This document shows positions 39,528-48,838 of a stretch of DNA of 64,000 nt, piece by piece. The stretch is taken from positions 325 to 64,324 of the forward strand of contig JAJXWI010000007.1 in NCBI GenBank assembly GCA_021781705.1, given 5' to 3'. The notes under the pieces were generated by a model that was not told the origin of the DNA, searched no databases, and saw only the letters and a program-made list of their open reading frames with translations. A program made the position numbers and the translations under genes. The stretch comes from a bacterium (GTDB taxonomy: Bacteria > Verrucomicrobiota > Lentisphaeria > Victivallales > GWF2-38-69). Positions within the stretch are counted from its first letter, which is position 1, and each line of letters opens with the position of its first letter.

Positions 39528-40265
39528 ATGAATAAAGAAAAGTTTATCGTATGCATCCCAGCCAGGTATGGGAGTACAAGATTCCCTGGTAAAGTCGTAG
39601 CCCTGCTTAGCGGGAAACCGATAGTTCGGTGGGTGTACGAGAAGGGCTGTTCATCCAACGCTGACAGTGTAATTGTGGCAACCGATAATGTTATTGTAAG
39701 AGATACTGTAATAGGGTTTGGCGGGAAATGTGTTATGACCTCCGAGAATCATCCGTCAGGAACTGACAGGATCTGGGAAGCAGTAAAAGACATTGACTGT
39801 GATGTGATTATTAACATTCAGGGAGATGAGCCGCTTATAGCAGTTTCAACGATAAACAAGCTTATAGAATTGTTTAAGAATAATCCTTCCGTCGAGATGG
39901 GAACAGTAGTTGTTCTTTCTGATAGAAATAAGATTGCATCTAACCCGAATGCTGTGAAAGCTGTTCTTTCTAAGAACGGAACCGCTCTTTATTTTAGCAG
40001 GTCTGAAATTCCTTATATCAGGGAAAAGGGAAAAGAGTTTCCACTCTATAAGCATTTAGGTATTTACGGGTATAGAAAAAATACTCTGAAAAAACTTGTT
40101 TCTCTACCGCAAAGCGAGCTGGAAAAATGCGAGATGTTAGAACAGCTTAGAGCGTTAGATAATGGCATAACAATTCATGCTGTAATACTGGGAGAAGATT
40201 TCGGTGTCGGAATAGATACTCTGGAAGATCTTCAAAAAGCGGAAATGCTTATAAAAAACATGTAA
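39528..40265 (+). CDS. kdsB: 3-deoxy-manno-octulosonate cytidylyltransferase (CMP-KDO synthetase)
   Basis: IPARYGSTRFPGK, GTDRI, INIQGDEPLI, LEQLRALDNG. Confidence 0.9.
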   Translation: MNKEKFIVCIPARYGSTRFPGKVVALLSGKPIVRWVYEKGCSSNADSVIVATDNVIVRDTVIGFGGKCVMTSENHPSGTDRIWEAVKDIDCDVIINIQGDEPLIAVSTINKLIELFKNNPSVEMGTVVVLSDRNKIASNPNAVKAVLSKNGTALYFSRSEIPYIREKGKEFPLYKHLGIYGYRKNTLKKLVSLPQSELEKCEMLEQLRALDNGITIHAVILGEDFGVGIDTLEDLQKAEMLIKNM

Positions 40266-40278
40266 TCAGGTAGTCATT

Positions 40279-41100
40279 ATGTTCAAAATAAATGATAAAA
40301 TCGAAGTAGGAAATGGTAAGCTGTTGCTTATGGCAGGGCCATGTGTGGCAGAAAGTTTTGAAATCTGTTCTGAAACAGCTTCATTTTTGAAAAACTTGAC
40401 TGAAGACCTTGGAATAAATTATGTTTTTAAGGCTTCGTATGACAAGGCCAACAGAAGTTCGGGTGGAACTTTCAGGGGCAATGGCATGGAAAATGGGCTG
40501 AAAATACTTAAGGATATCAAAGAAAAGTTTAATGTTCCTATTGTTACTGACATACATGATTTACAGCAAGTCAAAAAAGTTGCAGAAATAGCAGATGTTT
40601 TACAGCTTCCAGCATTCCTCTGCAGGCAGACAGACATACTTGTTGAGATGGCCAAACAGGGCAAGCCTATCAACATTAAAAAGGGACAGTTTATGGCTCC
40701 TCATGACATGAAGGGGGTTGTAGAAAAAGTAAAGGATATTAATAACAGAATAATGTTGACAGAACGCGGCGTTACTTTTGGATACAATAATCTTGTAGTT
40801 GATATGAGGTCATTGAAAATTATGAGAGCATTTGGATTTCCTGTGGTGTTTGATGCTACTCACTCTGTTCAGCTACCAGGAGGATTAGGGAATGCTTCCG
40901 GAGGGCAGAGAGAGTTTATAGAATCGTTAACTTTAGCGGCGACGGCAGTAGGTATTGATGCTATTTTTATGGAAATTCATCCCTGCCCTGATAAGGCATT
41001 GTGTGATGGCCCAAATTCTCTCGATTTTAAAATGGCTGAAAATTTGTTAAAAAAGGTAAAAAACTTATATGACTCTCAAAGAAAAGGCTTTAAAAATTAA
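40279..41100 (+). CDS. kdsA: 3-deoxy-8-phosphooctulonate (KDO-8-P) synthase
   Basis: LMAGPCVAES, FKASYDKANRSS, LQLPAFLCRQTD, NIKKGQF, VFDATHSVQLPGG. Confidence 0.9.
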   Translation: MFKINDKIEVGNGKLLLMAGPCVAESFEICSETASFLKNLTEDLGINYVFKASYDKANRSSGGTFRGNGMENGLKILKDIKEKFNVPIVTDIHDLQQVKKVAEIADVLQLPAFLCRQTDILVEMAKQGKPINIKKGQFMAPHDMKGVVEKVKDINNRIMLTERGVTFGYNNLVVDMRSLKIMRAFGFPVVFDATHSVQLPGGLGNASGGQREFIESLTLAATAVGIDAIFMEIHPCPDKALCDGPNSLDFKMAENLLKKVKNLYDSQRKGFKN

Positions 41101-41587
41101 GGCGATAGTTCTTGATGTTGACGGAGTTTTGACTGACGGGAAAATAGGGTATTCTCAAACTAATGATGAGATAAAATTCTTTGACGTAAAAGACGGGTTT
41201 GCAATTAATTTGGCACTCAAGGCCGGATTTGAAGTGGGTATACTTTCTGGTAGGGAGTCAAAGGCAAACAGAATAAGAGGGCAGGAGCTTGGTTTCACTT
41301 TTGTTTACGAAGGTGAGAAAAACAAAAGTAAAGGGTTTGATAGACTGCTTGTTGAGCACGGTCTTCAGGACTACGAGTGTCTGTACATTGGTGATGACAT
41401 CATAGACATACAGGTTCTAAAAAGAGCGGGTGTGGCCGTTGTTCCAAATGATGCAGTTAAGGAAATTGATAATTTTTATGACTTTAAGACCTCTGCCTGC
41501 GGCGGGAAGGGTGCTGTTAGAGAAGCCATTGTATGGTTGTTGAAGGAGACAGGGAAATGGGATTCATTAATTCAAAAATATTTATAA
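41069..41587 (+). CDS. kdsC: KDO-8-phosphate phosphatase
   Basis: IKAIVLDVDGVLTDG, FDVKDG, GILSGRES, YIGDDIIDIQVLKRAG, GGKGAVRE. Confidence 0.85.
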   Translation: MTLKEKALKIKAIVLDVDGVLTDGKIGYSQTNDEIKFFDVKDGFAINLALKAGFEVGILSGRESKANRIRGQELGFTFVYEGEKNKSKGFDRLLVEHGLQDYECLYIGDDIIDIQVLKRAGVAVVPNDAVKEIDNFYDFKTSACGGKGAVREAIVWLLKETGKWDSLIQKYL

Positions 41588-42081
41588 TTACAGCTCTGCT
41601 AGGAGTGTGTTTTTATACTGTCAGCAAGGCTGAAGATGTTACAGCTTCGATGAGAAATTTTGTTAAGCCTCAGTATAATGAAAAAACACATCTCCTGGAA
41701 TACGTTATCACCGGAACAGATGCTAAAACTGAGGGCGGAGTGATTGAAATAATCAATGCAAGAATTGAAATAATCGGAGCGGACGGAAAAACTGTAAGAG
41801 CTGTATTGACGTCTCCAATTGCTTTTTATAATCAGACTACGCAGTTTATAACAGGAGATCAATCTATAAAATTTGAATCATTGTCTTTTGATGCTGACGG
41901 AATAGGCTTTGATGCTAGCCAGGCAGCGCAGACTCTTCATATAAGAAAAAATGTAAAACTGGTTGTTAAGTCTACAGAAGATATCAAGTCGCAGTTTGCA
42001 ATAGGAAAAGAATTTTCGGAAGATACTGGGAAAGTATCGGATACCGATATAGAACCAGATACTAAAGGAGTGAGTAAATGA
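41557..42081 (+). CDS. lptC: LptC-like LPS export protein
   Basis: The ATG at 41557 is preceded by AAGGAG. It has an N-terminal membrane anchor FIITALLGVCFYTV. Size and position between kdsC and lptA fit LptC. Sequence motifs are weak. Confidence 0.5.
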   Translation: MGFINSKIFIITALLGVCFYTVSKAEDVTASMRNFVKPQYNEKTHLLEYVITGTDAKTEGGVIEIINARIEIIGADGKTVRAVLTSPIAFYNQTTQFITGDQSIKFESLSFDADGIGFDASQAAQTLHIRKNVKLVVKSTEDIKSQFAIGKEFSEDTGKVSDTDIEPDTKGVSK

Positions 42082-42707
42082 GAAAGGGATTTTTATTTTT
42101 AGGTAAGCTTTTTTTGTGTTTTGTATTTTTTATTAGTCCTCTTGTTTTAAAGGCTGAAGATTTTATGGGTTCTGTTTTTTCTCAGGGGCAGCAGGGCGGC
42201 GGCAAACAGAAGGGGCCCACAGTAATAACCGCAGACACTATGGATATGGATATAAAAAATAATCTGGTAACTCTTATCGGAAATGTGGTAGTAGACGATC
42301 CTTCTAACAAGTTGACTGCAGATAAGATGCTCGTGTATCTGCAAGATACAAAAGGTGGAGATTCAAAAAAAGAACTTAAGGCCATAGTAGCTCTAGGGAA
42401 TGTGATTATGGTCAGAAAAGCTATTACTGAAGAAGATAAAAAAAATGGAAAAAGAGAAGCTCATTCCGGCAGAGCCGACTATGATGCAATTGCCGGTATA
42501 ATCATTATGACTGAAAATCCAGTAATCTATCAAGGGGATAATTATATGAAAGGTGATAGAATAATATTGTGGAAAAATAGCGAAAGAATGAAAATAGAAG
42601 GAGACCAGTCAACGGGCAGATCCAGCCGTATAGTAATAACCCAAGGAACAGATACAAGTACGGCTACTGATACTGGGAATAGCGGTTTTAAAATAGGCGC
42701 AAAGTAG
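42078..42707 (+). CDS. lptA: LptA (OstA-like) periplasmic LPS transport protein
   Basis: Signal peptide, then OstA_N-like ITADTMDMDIKNNLVTLIGNVVVDDPSNKLTADKMLVYL and a second half GRADYDAIAGIIIMTENPVIYQGDNYMKGDRIIL. Confidence 0.65.
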   Translation: MRKGFLFLGKLFLCFVFFISPLVLKAEDFMGSVFSQGQQGGGKQKGPTVITADTMDMDIKNNLVTLIGNVVVDDPSNKLTADKMLVYLQDTKGGDSKKELKAIVALGNVIMVRKAITEEDKKNGKREAHSGRADYDAIAGIIIMTENPVIYQGDNYMKGDRIILWKNSERMKIEGDQSTGRSSRIVITQGTDTSTATDTGNSGFKIGAK

Positions 42708-42754
42708 CTTAACGGGGAATGTTTTCGTTCCGAGAGAAAAAGGATAAAATAGTT

Positions 42755-43513
42755 ATGGCAGACGAGAAGATAACAGCAAATGCTGTCAATAAAATTCTGG
42801 TGGAAGCCAAGGATCTTGTAAAGGCTTATAGAGGTAAGCGTGTAGTAAATTGTGTTTCAATGAATGTTTGTGAGGGGGAGGTTGTCGGATTGCTCGGACC
42901 TAACGGAGCAGGAAAAACAACCAGTTTTTATATGATAACCGGTCTTATCAGGCAGGACTTGGGATCTGTACATTTCAGAGATGTGGATATCTCAAATTAC
43001 CCTATGTATAAAAGAGCCAGACTCGGAATGGGGTATCTTGCACAGGAACCATCAATATTCAGAAAACTTACGGTGGAACAGAATATAATGGCGATTCTTG
43101 AGACTCTTGACCTCACCTCTTATGAGAGAAAAGAGAGATTGACGTCGCTCTTGGACGAGCTTGAAATAGGGTACTTGGCAAAACAAAAAGCAATGACCCT
43201 GAGCGGAGGCGAGCGCAGAAGGCTTGAAATTACCAGAGCATTAGTGACTAATCCGTCTTTAATCCTTCTTGACGAGCCTTTTAGCGGTGTTGACCCGCTG
43301 GCGGTTTATGACGTTCAGCAAATTATATGCAGATTAAGAGATAAAGGTCTGGCCATACTTATAACAGATCATAACGTAAGAGAGACATTATCAGTTGTTA
43401 ATAGGGCTTATTTAATGTGTGAGGGGAAAATCGTAGTTGAGGGTACTAGTGATTTTTTGGTGAAAGATTCAAAAGCAAGAGAAATTTATCTTGGTCCAAA
43501 ATTTACAATGTAA
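42755..43513 (+). CDS. lptB: LPS export ABC transporter ATP-binding protein LptB
   Basis: LVKAYRGKRVVNCVSMNVCEGEVVGLLGPNGAGKTTSFYMITGL, LSGGERRRLEITRAL, ILLDEPFSGVDP. I prefer the ATG at 42755 (AAGGA upstream) over 42719. Confidence 0.9.
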   Translation: MADEKITANAVNKILVEAKDLVKAYRGKRVVNCVSMNVCEGEVVGLLGPNGAGKTTSFYMITGLIRQDLGSVHFRDVDISNYPMYKRARLGMGYLAQEPSIFRKLTVEQNIMAILETLDLTSYERKERLTSLLDELEIGYLAKQKAMTLSGGERRRLEITRALVTNPSLILLDEPFSGVDPLAVYDVQQIICRLRDKGLAILITDHNVRETLSVVNRAYLMCEGKIVVEGTSDFLVKDSKAREIYLGPKFTM

Positions 43514-43584
43514 GTATTGGAAATTATATTCCTTTTCGTTATAATTTAATTACCGGTAGAAAACCATAACTAAGGAGTGGTAAG

Positions 43585-43911
43585 ATGAGTGTAATAGTAA
43601 GCGTTAGAAATGGGAACGTCTCTGACACACTGAAAAAGTATGCTGAAACAAAAGCAGGCAGACTGGTTGAAGAATATCCGAAAATTACAAGCGTAAGAGT
43701 TACTCTTGATACGCAGAAGTCCAGATGCAAAGCTGAACTTATTGTAAGGGGTAAAGATATTGATATGGAAGCGGATAATGAGTCTTTCGACTTTTATGAA
43801 TCAATAGATACCGTAGTTGAAAAAGTAGTCCATCAGCTTAGCAAGCATGTTGATAAAGTTCACGATCATAAATCTCACCATAAGATTCCAATAAAAGAGA
43901 TGGAAGAATAA
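43585..43911 (+). CDS. hpf: Ribosome hibernation promoting factor (short HPF/RaiA type)
   Basis: MSVIVSVRNGNVSDTLKKYAETKAGRLVEEYPKITSVRVTL...AELIVRGKDIDMEADNESFDFYESIDTVVEKVVHQLSKH. Confidence 0.8.
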   Translation: MSVIVSVRNGNVSDTLKKYAETKAGRLVEEYPKITSVRVTLDTQKSRCKAELIVRGKDIDMEADNESFDFYESIDTVVEKVVHQLSKHVDKVHDHKSHHKIPIKEMEE

Positions 43912-43935
43912 ATACTGAAAAATTGTTAATGCCTC

Positions 43936-44478
43936 TTGAGCCATGAGTCTCGGGGGGCTTTTTCATTTATGAACAGCAGTAGGCGAGAAAATTATTTTAT
44001 AGATAGAAACTTATGGCTCTCCTCATCTTCGACTAACTTTTTTAAGCATTGCAGGATTGAGAATTACCAGGATAGTGGTAAAGGCGGACAAAAAAGAAAC
44101 CGCAAGTACTCGGCCGTCAGACTTACTCATATCCCTACAGGAATAAGCGTTACCAGCGCTGAATGCAGGGAGCAAAATATAAACAGGCTTAAAGCCCTTG
44201 AAAAACTTAAGATAAAAATGGCTATGATGCTTTCTGGGCCAAATGTAGATATTCCTAGGAGCATCATAAGCATTCAGAGCCCGGATTATCCATTATGGGT
44301 TGCCTTTTTGATGGATGAGTTATACAGGGATGACTTCGAAATTACTTCGAGTGCAGAAAGATTGGGGATTTCCAATTCTAAGTTGCTCAAGCTTATTTTT
44401 AGAGATAAAATTATCTGGAATGAGCTTAACTCTAACAGGATGAAGTTAGGTAAGCATTCTTTTGTTTTGCCGGGTTGA
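43936..44478 (+). CDS. RF-1-domain (GGQ motif) protein: release-factor-like peptidyl-tRNA hydrolase domain plus an unassigned C-terminal domain
   Basis: SGKGGQKRNRKYSAVRLTHIPTGISVTSAECREQNINRLKALEKL is collinear with the GGQ domain of class I release factors. The ORF-track start is a TTG; an ATG at 43969 is the alternative. Confidence 0.6.
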   Translation: MSHESRGAFSFMNSSRRENYFIDRNLWLSSSSTNFFKHCRIENYQDSGKGGQKRNRKYSAVRLTHIPTGISVTSAECREQNINRLKALEKLKIKMAMMLSGPNVDIPRSIISIQSPDYPLWVAFLMDELYRDDFEITSSAERLGISNSKLLKLIFRDKIIWNELNSNRMKLGKHSFVLPG

Positions 44479-44548
44479 TGTCTGATCGTTGAATATTTAA
44501 TTAAAATGATAAATTAGTAATCGTAAATTACGGAAATTGAAAGGGTAT

Positions 44549-45352
44549 ATGACAGACTACAAGGATAAAATTGAAAGGTTAGTTAATATTGTCAGCCATC
44601 TGCGCTCCCCTGAAGGATGTCCATGGGACAGAAAGCAGGATCACATTACGCTTAAACCTATGTTGATCGAGGAATCCGCAGAACTTCTTGATGCGATAGA
44701 TGCGAATGACACTGAAAACATAAAAGAAGAACTTGGTGATATTCTGCTGCATATAGTTTTTCATTCAACTATAGCGGAGGAAAACGGAGGATTCACCTTT
44801 TCAGATGTTATAAATGATATTTCTGAAAAGATGGAACGCCGGCATCCCCACATATTCGGAGATAGAGATAAAATAGGGAGTGCTGATGAGGTTGTAGAAT
44901 TATGGCAGCAAATAAAAGCGGAAGAAAAAAAGAAATCTAATAGAAAAGAGACTATACTTGGAAGGATACCGAAAAATCTTCCTGCCTTATTTCGGGCCGA
45001 AACTGTTCAAAAAAAAATTTCTGAGGCGGGCTTTGATTGGGATAATATATTGGACGTTTTTGCAAAAATAGAGGAAGAGATAAAAGAGCTTAAGGAAGCT
45101 ATTGCTAAAAAAGATGAAAAAAATATCGACGAAGAAATAGGGGATTTGCTGTTTTCTATTGTTAATTATTGCAGGTTTAAGCGTGGCGCTTCTGCTGAGC
45201 AATTATTACAACATGCAACAGATAAATTTGTAAATAGATTTAATGAGGTTGAAAAGAAGGTAAAAGAGAGCAAAAAAGCATTATCGGAATATTCTATAAA
45301 AGAGCTGGATTGGTTCTGGGAAGAAGCGAAAAAACTGGAATTAAAAAAGTGA
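44549..45352 (+). CDS. mazG: Nucleoside triphosphate pyrophosphohydrolase MazG (two-domain)
   Basis: LRSPEGCPWDRKQDH, EESAELLDAI, EELGDILLHIVFH; second domain EEIGDLLFSIVN. Confidence 0.85.
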   Translation: MTDYKDKIERLVNIVSHLRSPEGCPWDRKQDHITLKPMLIEESAELLDAIDANDTENIKEELGDILLHIVFHSTIAEENGGFTFSDVINDISEKMERRHPHIFGDRDKIGSADEVVELWQQIKAEEKKKSNRKETILGRIPKNLPALFRAETVQKKISEAGFDWDNILDVFAKIEEEIKELKEAIAKKDEKNIDEEIGDLLFSIVNYCRFKRGASAEQLLQHATDKFVNRFNEVEKKVKESKKALSEYSIKELDWFWEEAKKLELKK

Positions 45353-45363
45353 TTTAGGGAAAG

Positions 45364-46995
45364 ATGAAAGAATTTATTCAGGTAAAAATTTATGATACGA
45401 CACTAAGGGACGGTTCTCAGTCTGAAGGAATCTCTTTTTCGAAAAACGATAAGATAAGAATAGCTGAAGCTCTCGATAACTTTGGAGTTTCTTACATAGA
45501 GGGAGGTTGGCCAGGATCAAACCCAAGAGATATCGCGTTCTTTAAAGCTGCAAAAAAAATGAATTTTAAGAATGCAAAATTAGCAGCATTTGGTAGCACA
45601 AGAAGGAGCTCAAACAGCGTGGAAAATGATGACAATATAATAAAATTGCTGGAATCGGAAGCTCCTGTAGTTACTATATTCGGGAAATCGTGGCTTTTGC
45701 ACGTAAGTAAGGTGCTTAAAATTACTCCCGATCAAAACTTGCAAATGATAGCAGATTCATGTGCGTATTTATCAAAGCATAACAGAGAAGTTATTTTTGA
45801 TGCCGAACATTTTTTTGATGGATATAAAGACAATCCTGATATTGCCAAGGAGACATTAAAAACGGCAGTAAGGAATGGAGTTAAGACGGTTGTTCTTTGC
45901 GATACTAATGGTGGGACTCTCACTACCCAGATTATGCAGATATGTAAAGATGTTATTAACTTTATGCCTAAAGGCGTATCTGTAGGAATTCATTGCCATA
46001 ATGATTCAGATTTGGCTGTGGCAAATTCTCTTACAGCTGTAGAGTGTGGAATCACACATATTCAAGGAACCATAAATGGATATGGCGAAAGATGTGGTAA
46101 TACTAATTTGTGTTCAATCATCCCGTCTCTGGAACTTAAGCTTGGGAAAAAAACTCTATGCGGAGATAATATTTCGAAATTAAAAGGGTTGAGCAGATTT
46201 GTCGATGAAATAGCCAATATCAGAAGCAATAACAGGCTTCCATATGTAGGAGACAGCGCTTTTGCGCATAAGGGAGGAATGCATGTTAATGCTGTAGAAA
46301 AGATCCCTCTTACTTTTGAACATGTTACTCCAGAGACAGTTGGAAATAAAAGAAGAATTCTTATTTCAGAATTGTCAGGGAAAAGCAATATTCTTACAAA
46401 AATTGCAGAATATAAACTTGAGAATCTTTCAGCTGAAGAGATAAAAGAAGTTTTAACAGAGCTTAAGCGGATGGAAAATAAAGGATACGAATATGAAGCA
46501 GCTGATGGTTCTTTCAATCTCCTTATGAATAAAATAATCAAGAAACATAAGCCGTTTTTCCTCCTTGAAGGGTATAGGGTTATTATTGAAAAAAGAAGAT
46601 ATAACGAGCCTTGCCTTTCAGAAGCTACAGTAAAAATTAATGTCAATGGAGAACAGAGCCTTATTGCCTCGGAGGGATTCGGGCCAGTTAATGCTTTAGA
46701 TAAAGCTTTAAGAAAGGCGTTGATTCGGTTTTATCCTTGCATAGAACATGTATTGCTCAAAGATTATAAGGTGAGAATAATCGAAGGCGAAATAGGTACA
46801 GTGGCCAAAATTCGCGTTCTGATAGAGTCTTCTTCTGGTAACAAGTCTTGGGGGGCTGTAGGGGTTAGTGAAAATAGTATCGACGCATCATTGGAGGCGC
46901 TTGTTGATTCCATTGAATATTTTTTACTTTCCAAAGAAAAATACGAAAAAGATTCTAACTTCTACGATAACAATAAGGTGGGCTTACGCAAATGA
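45364..46995 (+). CDS. cimA: (R)-citramalate synthase (2-isopropylmalate synthase family, long form with a LeuA-dimer-type regulatory domain)
   Basis: IYDTTLRDGSQSEGISFS, HCHNDSDLAVANSL, GTINGYGERCGN. 543 aa with a C-terminal regulatory domain. Confidence 0.7.
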   Translation: MKEFIQVKIYDTTLRDGSQSEGISFSKNDKIRIAEALDNFGVSYIEGGWPGSNPRDIAFFKAAKKMNFKNAKLAAFGSTRRSSNSVENDDNIIKLLESEAPVVTIFGKSWLLHVSKVLKITPDQNLQMIADSCAYLSKHNREVIFDAEHFFDGYKDNPDIAKETLKTAVRNGVKTVVLCDTNGGTLTTQIMQICKDVINFMPKGVSVGIHCHNDSDLAVANSLTAVECGITHIQGTINGYGERCGNTNLCSIIPSLELKLGKKTLCGDNISKLKGLSRFVDEIANIRSNNRLPYVGDSAFAHKGGMHVNAVEKIPLTFEHVTPETVGNKRRILISELSGKSNILTKIAEYKLENLSAEEIKEVLTELKRMENKGYEYEAADGSFNLLMNKIIKKHKPFFLLEGYRVIIEKRRYNEPCLSEATVKINVNGEQSLIASEGFGPVNALDKALRKALIRFYPCIEHVLLKDYKVRIIEGEIGTVAKIRVLIESSSGNKSWGAVGVSENSIDASLEALVDSIEYFLLSKEKYEKDSNFYDNNKVGLRK

Positions 46996-47378
46996 GCGTA
47001 TTATCAATATATTTCAGGAAATGGCTGCTTATATTCCCTTTTGCCGGAATCGTCTTTTTTTCATTTCCTGCGCCCAAGGCGCATGCAATGGATCCCGTAA
47101 CTATCGGCTTGCTCGCACCAATACTTATGCCTTATGCTCAACAGGCCGCAGCTTATGCTATCAAGGGATGCGCAAAAACAGTTCCAGGGTGGATCAATGC
47201 AGGTACGCAGTTTATTAACATATTCAGGTTGCCATTAGGAGTCTTGCAGCTTACTTTAGGTGTGCCCTTTGGTTTATTTGACTGCGGTATTGAGAACACA
47301 TGGAAAGGGCTTATTGCGCCGTTCCTCATGGTTAAAGAAATATTGTGTATGCCACTTTACTTTTGCGGGGTCATGTAG
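46992..47378 (+). CDS. Hypothetical membrane or secreted protein
   Basis: ATGA overlap with the cimA stop. Signal-like WLLIFPFAGIVFFSFPAPKAHA followed by a hydrophobic Gly/Pro-rich body. Confidence 0.4.
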   Translation: MSVLSIYFRKWLLIFPFAGIVFFSFPAPKAHAMDPVTIGLLAPILMPYAQQAAAYAIKGCAKTVPGWINAGTQFINIFRLPLGVLQLTLGVPFGLFDCGIENTWKGLIAPFLMVKEILCMPLYFCGVM

Positions 47379-47381
47379 GAT

Positions 47382-47813
47382 ATGAACAAATTTACGGATG
47401 ACGAAAGGCACCCATTTAGAGGAAAAATTGCAGTTATTAAGAAAATTAATAGAATGAAGTCATTATTGCGCGATTGGTATGGAGAAAAGTCTGGGAAAAG
47501 CCAGATTTCAGCATACATGCCGAAATGCATTCACGTAAGAGATGCTGTAAAAAGAATATTATCGGATGTTAGTTACGATGATGGTATACTTTTGGAAAAG
47601 CTGCAGAACGCATGGAATAAGCTTGTCGGAACCGAGGTTAGTAATAACTCAAAACCTGTTTCTCTGAAAAATGGAATACTCACTATTGAGGCCAAAAACA
47701 GTGTTTGGCTTAGCGAACTGAAGAATTTTTATGCGCATAAAATAGAAGAGCAAGTCAGAACTGTTTGCGGCGCCTCTGTCAAAAAAATTTATTTTGCTCC
47801 GGCCGGGAAATGA
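47382..47813 (+). CDS. DUF721/DciA-like protein
   Basis: LQNAWNKLVGTEVSNNSKPVSLKNGILTIEAKNSVWLSELKNFYAHKIEEQV fits the DUF721 pattern (W..ivG......p..l..g.L.v......W..EL). Confidence 0.55.
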   Translation: MNKFTDDERHPFRGKIAVIKKINRMKSLLRDWYGEKSGKSQISAYMPKCIHVRDAVKRILSDVSYDDGILLEKLQNAWNKLVGTEVSNNSKPVSLKNGILTIEAKNSVWLSELKNFYAHKIEEQVRTVCGASVKKIYFAPAGK

Positions 47814-47860
47814 TTTCTGTTGGACTTTTGACGAAAATGTAATATTGCCTTTTTTAAATT

Positions 47861-48838
47861 ATGAATTTATTGGAAATAAATAATATAAAAAAATATTACC
47901 CTATCAAAAAAGGGGTGTTTTCCAGGACTGATTACGTAAAAGCCGTTGATGGTATATCTCTATCTATCAGAGCCGGAGAGACGGTCGGGATTGTAGGTGA
48001 GAGTGGTTGCGGGAAATCAACTTTGGGTAAACTTATTGTAAGGCTGGAAAAAGCAACAAGCGGAAAAATACTTCTCAAAGGAAATGATATTAGCAGGATT
48101 TCTGAAAAGAAAATGAAAGCAATTCGATCCTCTTTTCAGATGGTTTTTCAGGATCCTTACAGTTCTTTGAATGCACAGAAAAAAATTTACAGCATATTGG
48201 ATGAAGTTCTTATGCTCTTTACAAACATGTCAAAAGATAAAAGATATGAGAGAATTCTTGAGCTTATCCGGATGGTGGGACTGGAAGAGGATCATCTTTT
48301 TCGATATCCTAAACAATTTAGCGGTGGACAGAGGCAGAGAATATGCATAGCCAGAGCTCTTGCTGTAGATCCTGAAATTATTGTGGCCGACGAACCTGTT
48401 TCTTCTCTTGACGTAAGTATTCAGGCGCAAATAATTAATCTTCTCTCTGATATCCAAAGGGAAACAAAAGTTTCTTTTTTATTTATATCCCATGATATGG
48501 CGGTAATTGAAAATATATCTGATAGAATTTTTGTTATGTATTTCGGAAAAATTGTTGAATCTGGAATTTCTGAAGAAATAATAAAAAGACCAGTTCATCC
48601 TTATACAAAAGTGTTAATTCAGGCAGTGCCGGATATAGACAAACGCAGAAGGGGAAAAAATAGTATGGGAAAAAATACTCAAATAGAGTTGATTACAGAT
48701 CAAGGGTGCAAGTTTAGCAATAGGTGCGGGTTTGCTCAAGAAATATGTTTTAGAGAAGAGCCTATGCTTGAACTTGTAAATGAAGAAAAAGAACATTGGT
48801 GCGCCTGTTTTTTTAAAGGGGAAATGAAAACGATATGA
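47861..48838 (+). CDS. Oligopeptide/dipeptide-type ABC transporter ATP-binding protein (OppF/DppF-like), with no cognate permease genes nearby
   Basis: Walker A GESGCGKST, signature FSGGQRQRICIARAL, Walker B IIVADEPVSSLD, and a C-terminal Opp-type extension with CKFSNRC...C...HWCAC. Confidence 0.8.
   Translation: MNLLEINNIKKYYPIKKGVFSRTDYVKAVDGISLSIRAGETVGIVGESGCGKSTLGKLIVRLEKATSGKILLKGNDISRISEKKMKAIRSSFQMVFQDPYSSLNAQKKIYSILDEVLMLFTNMSKDKRYERILELIRMVGLEEDHLFRYPKQFSGGQRQRICIARALAVDPEIIVADEPVSSLDVSIQAQIINLLSDIQRETKVSFLFISHDMAVIENISDRIFVMYFGKIVESGISEEIIKRPVHPYTKVLIQAVPDIDKRRRGKNSMGKNTQIELITDQGCKFSNRCGFAQEICFREEPMLELVNEEKEHWCACFFKGEMKTI

Noticed and set aside
46062-46646. 194-aa minus-strand ORF
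   Set aside because: It is antisense to the citramalate synthase gene. It is a typical shadow frame (Leu/Ser/Phe-rich) with no start context.
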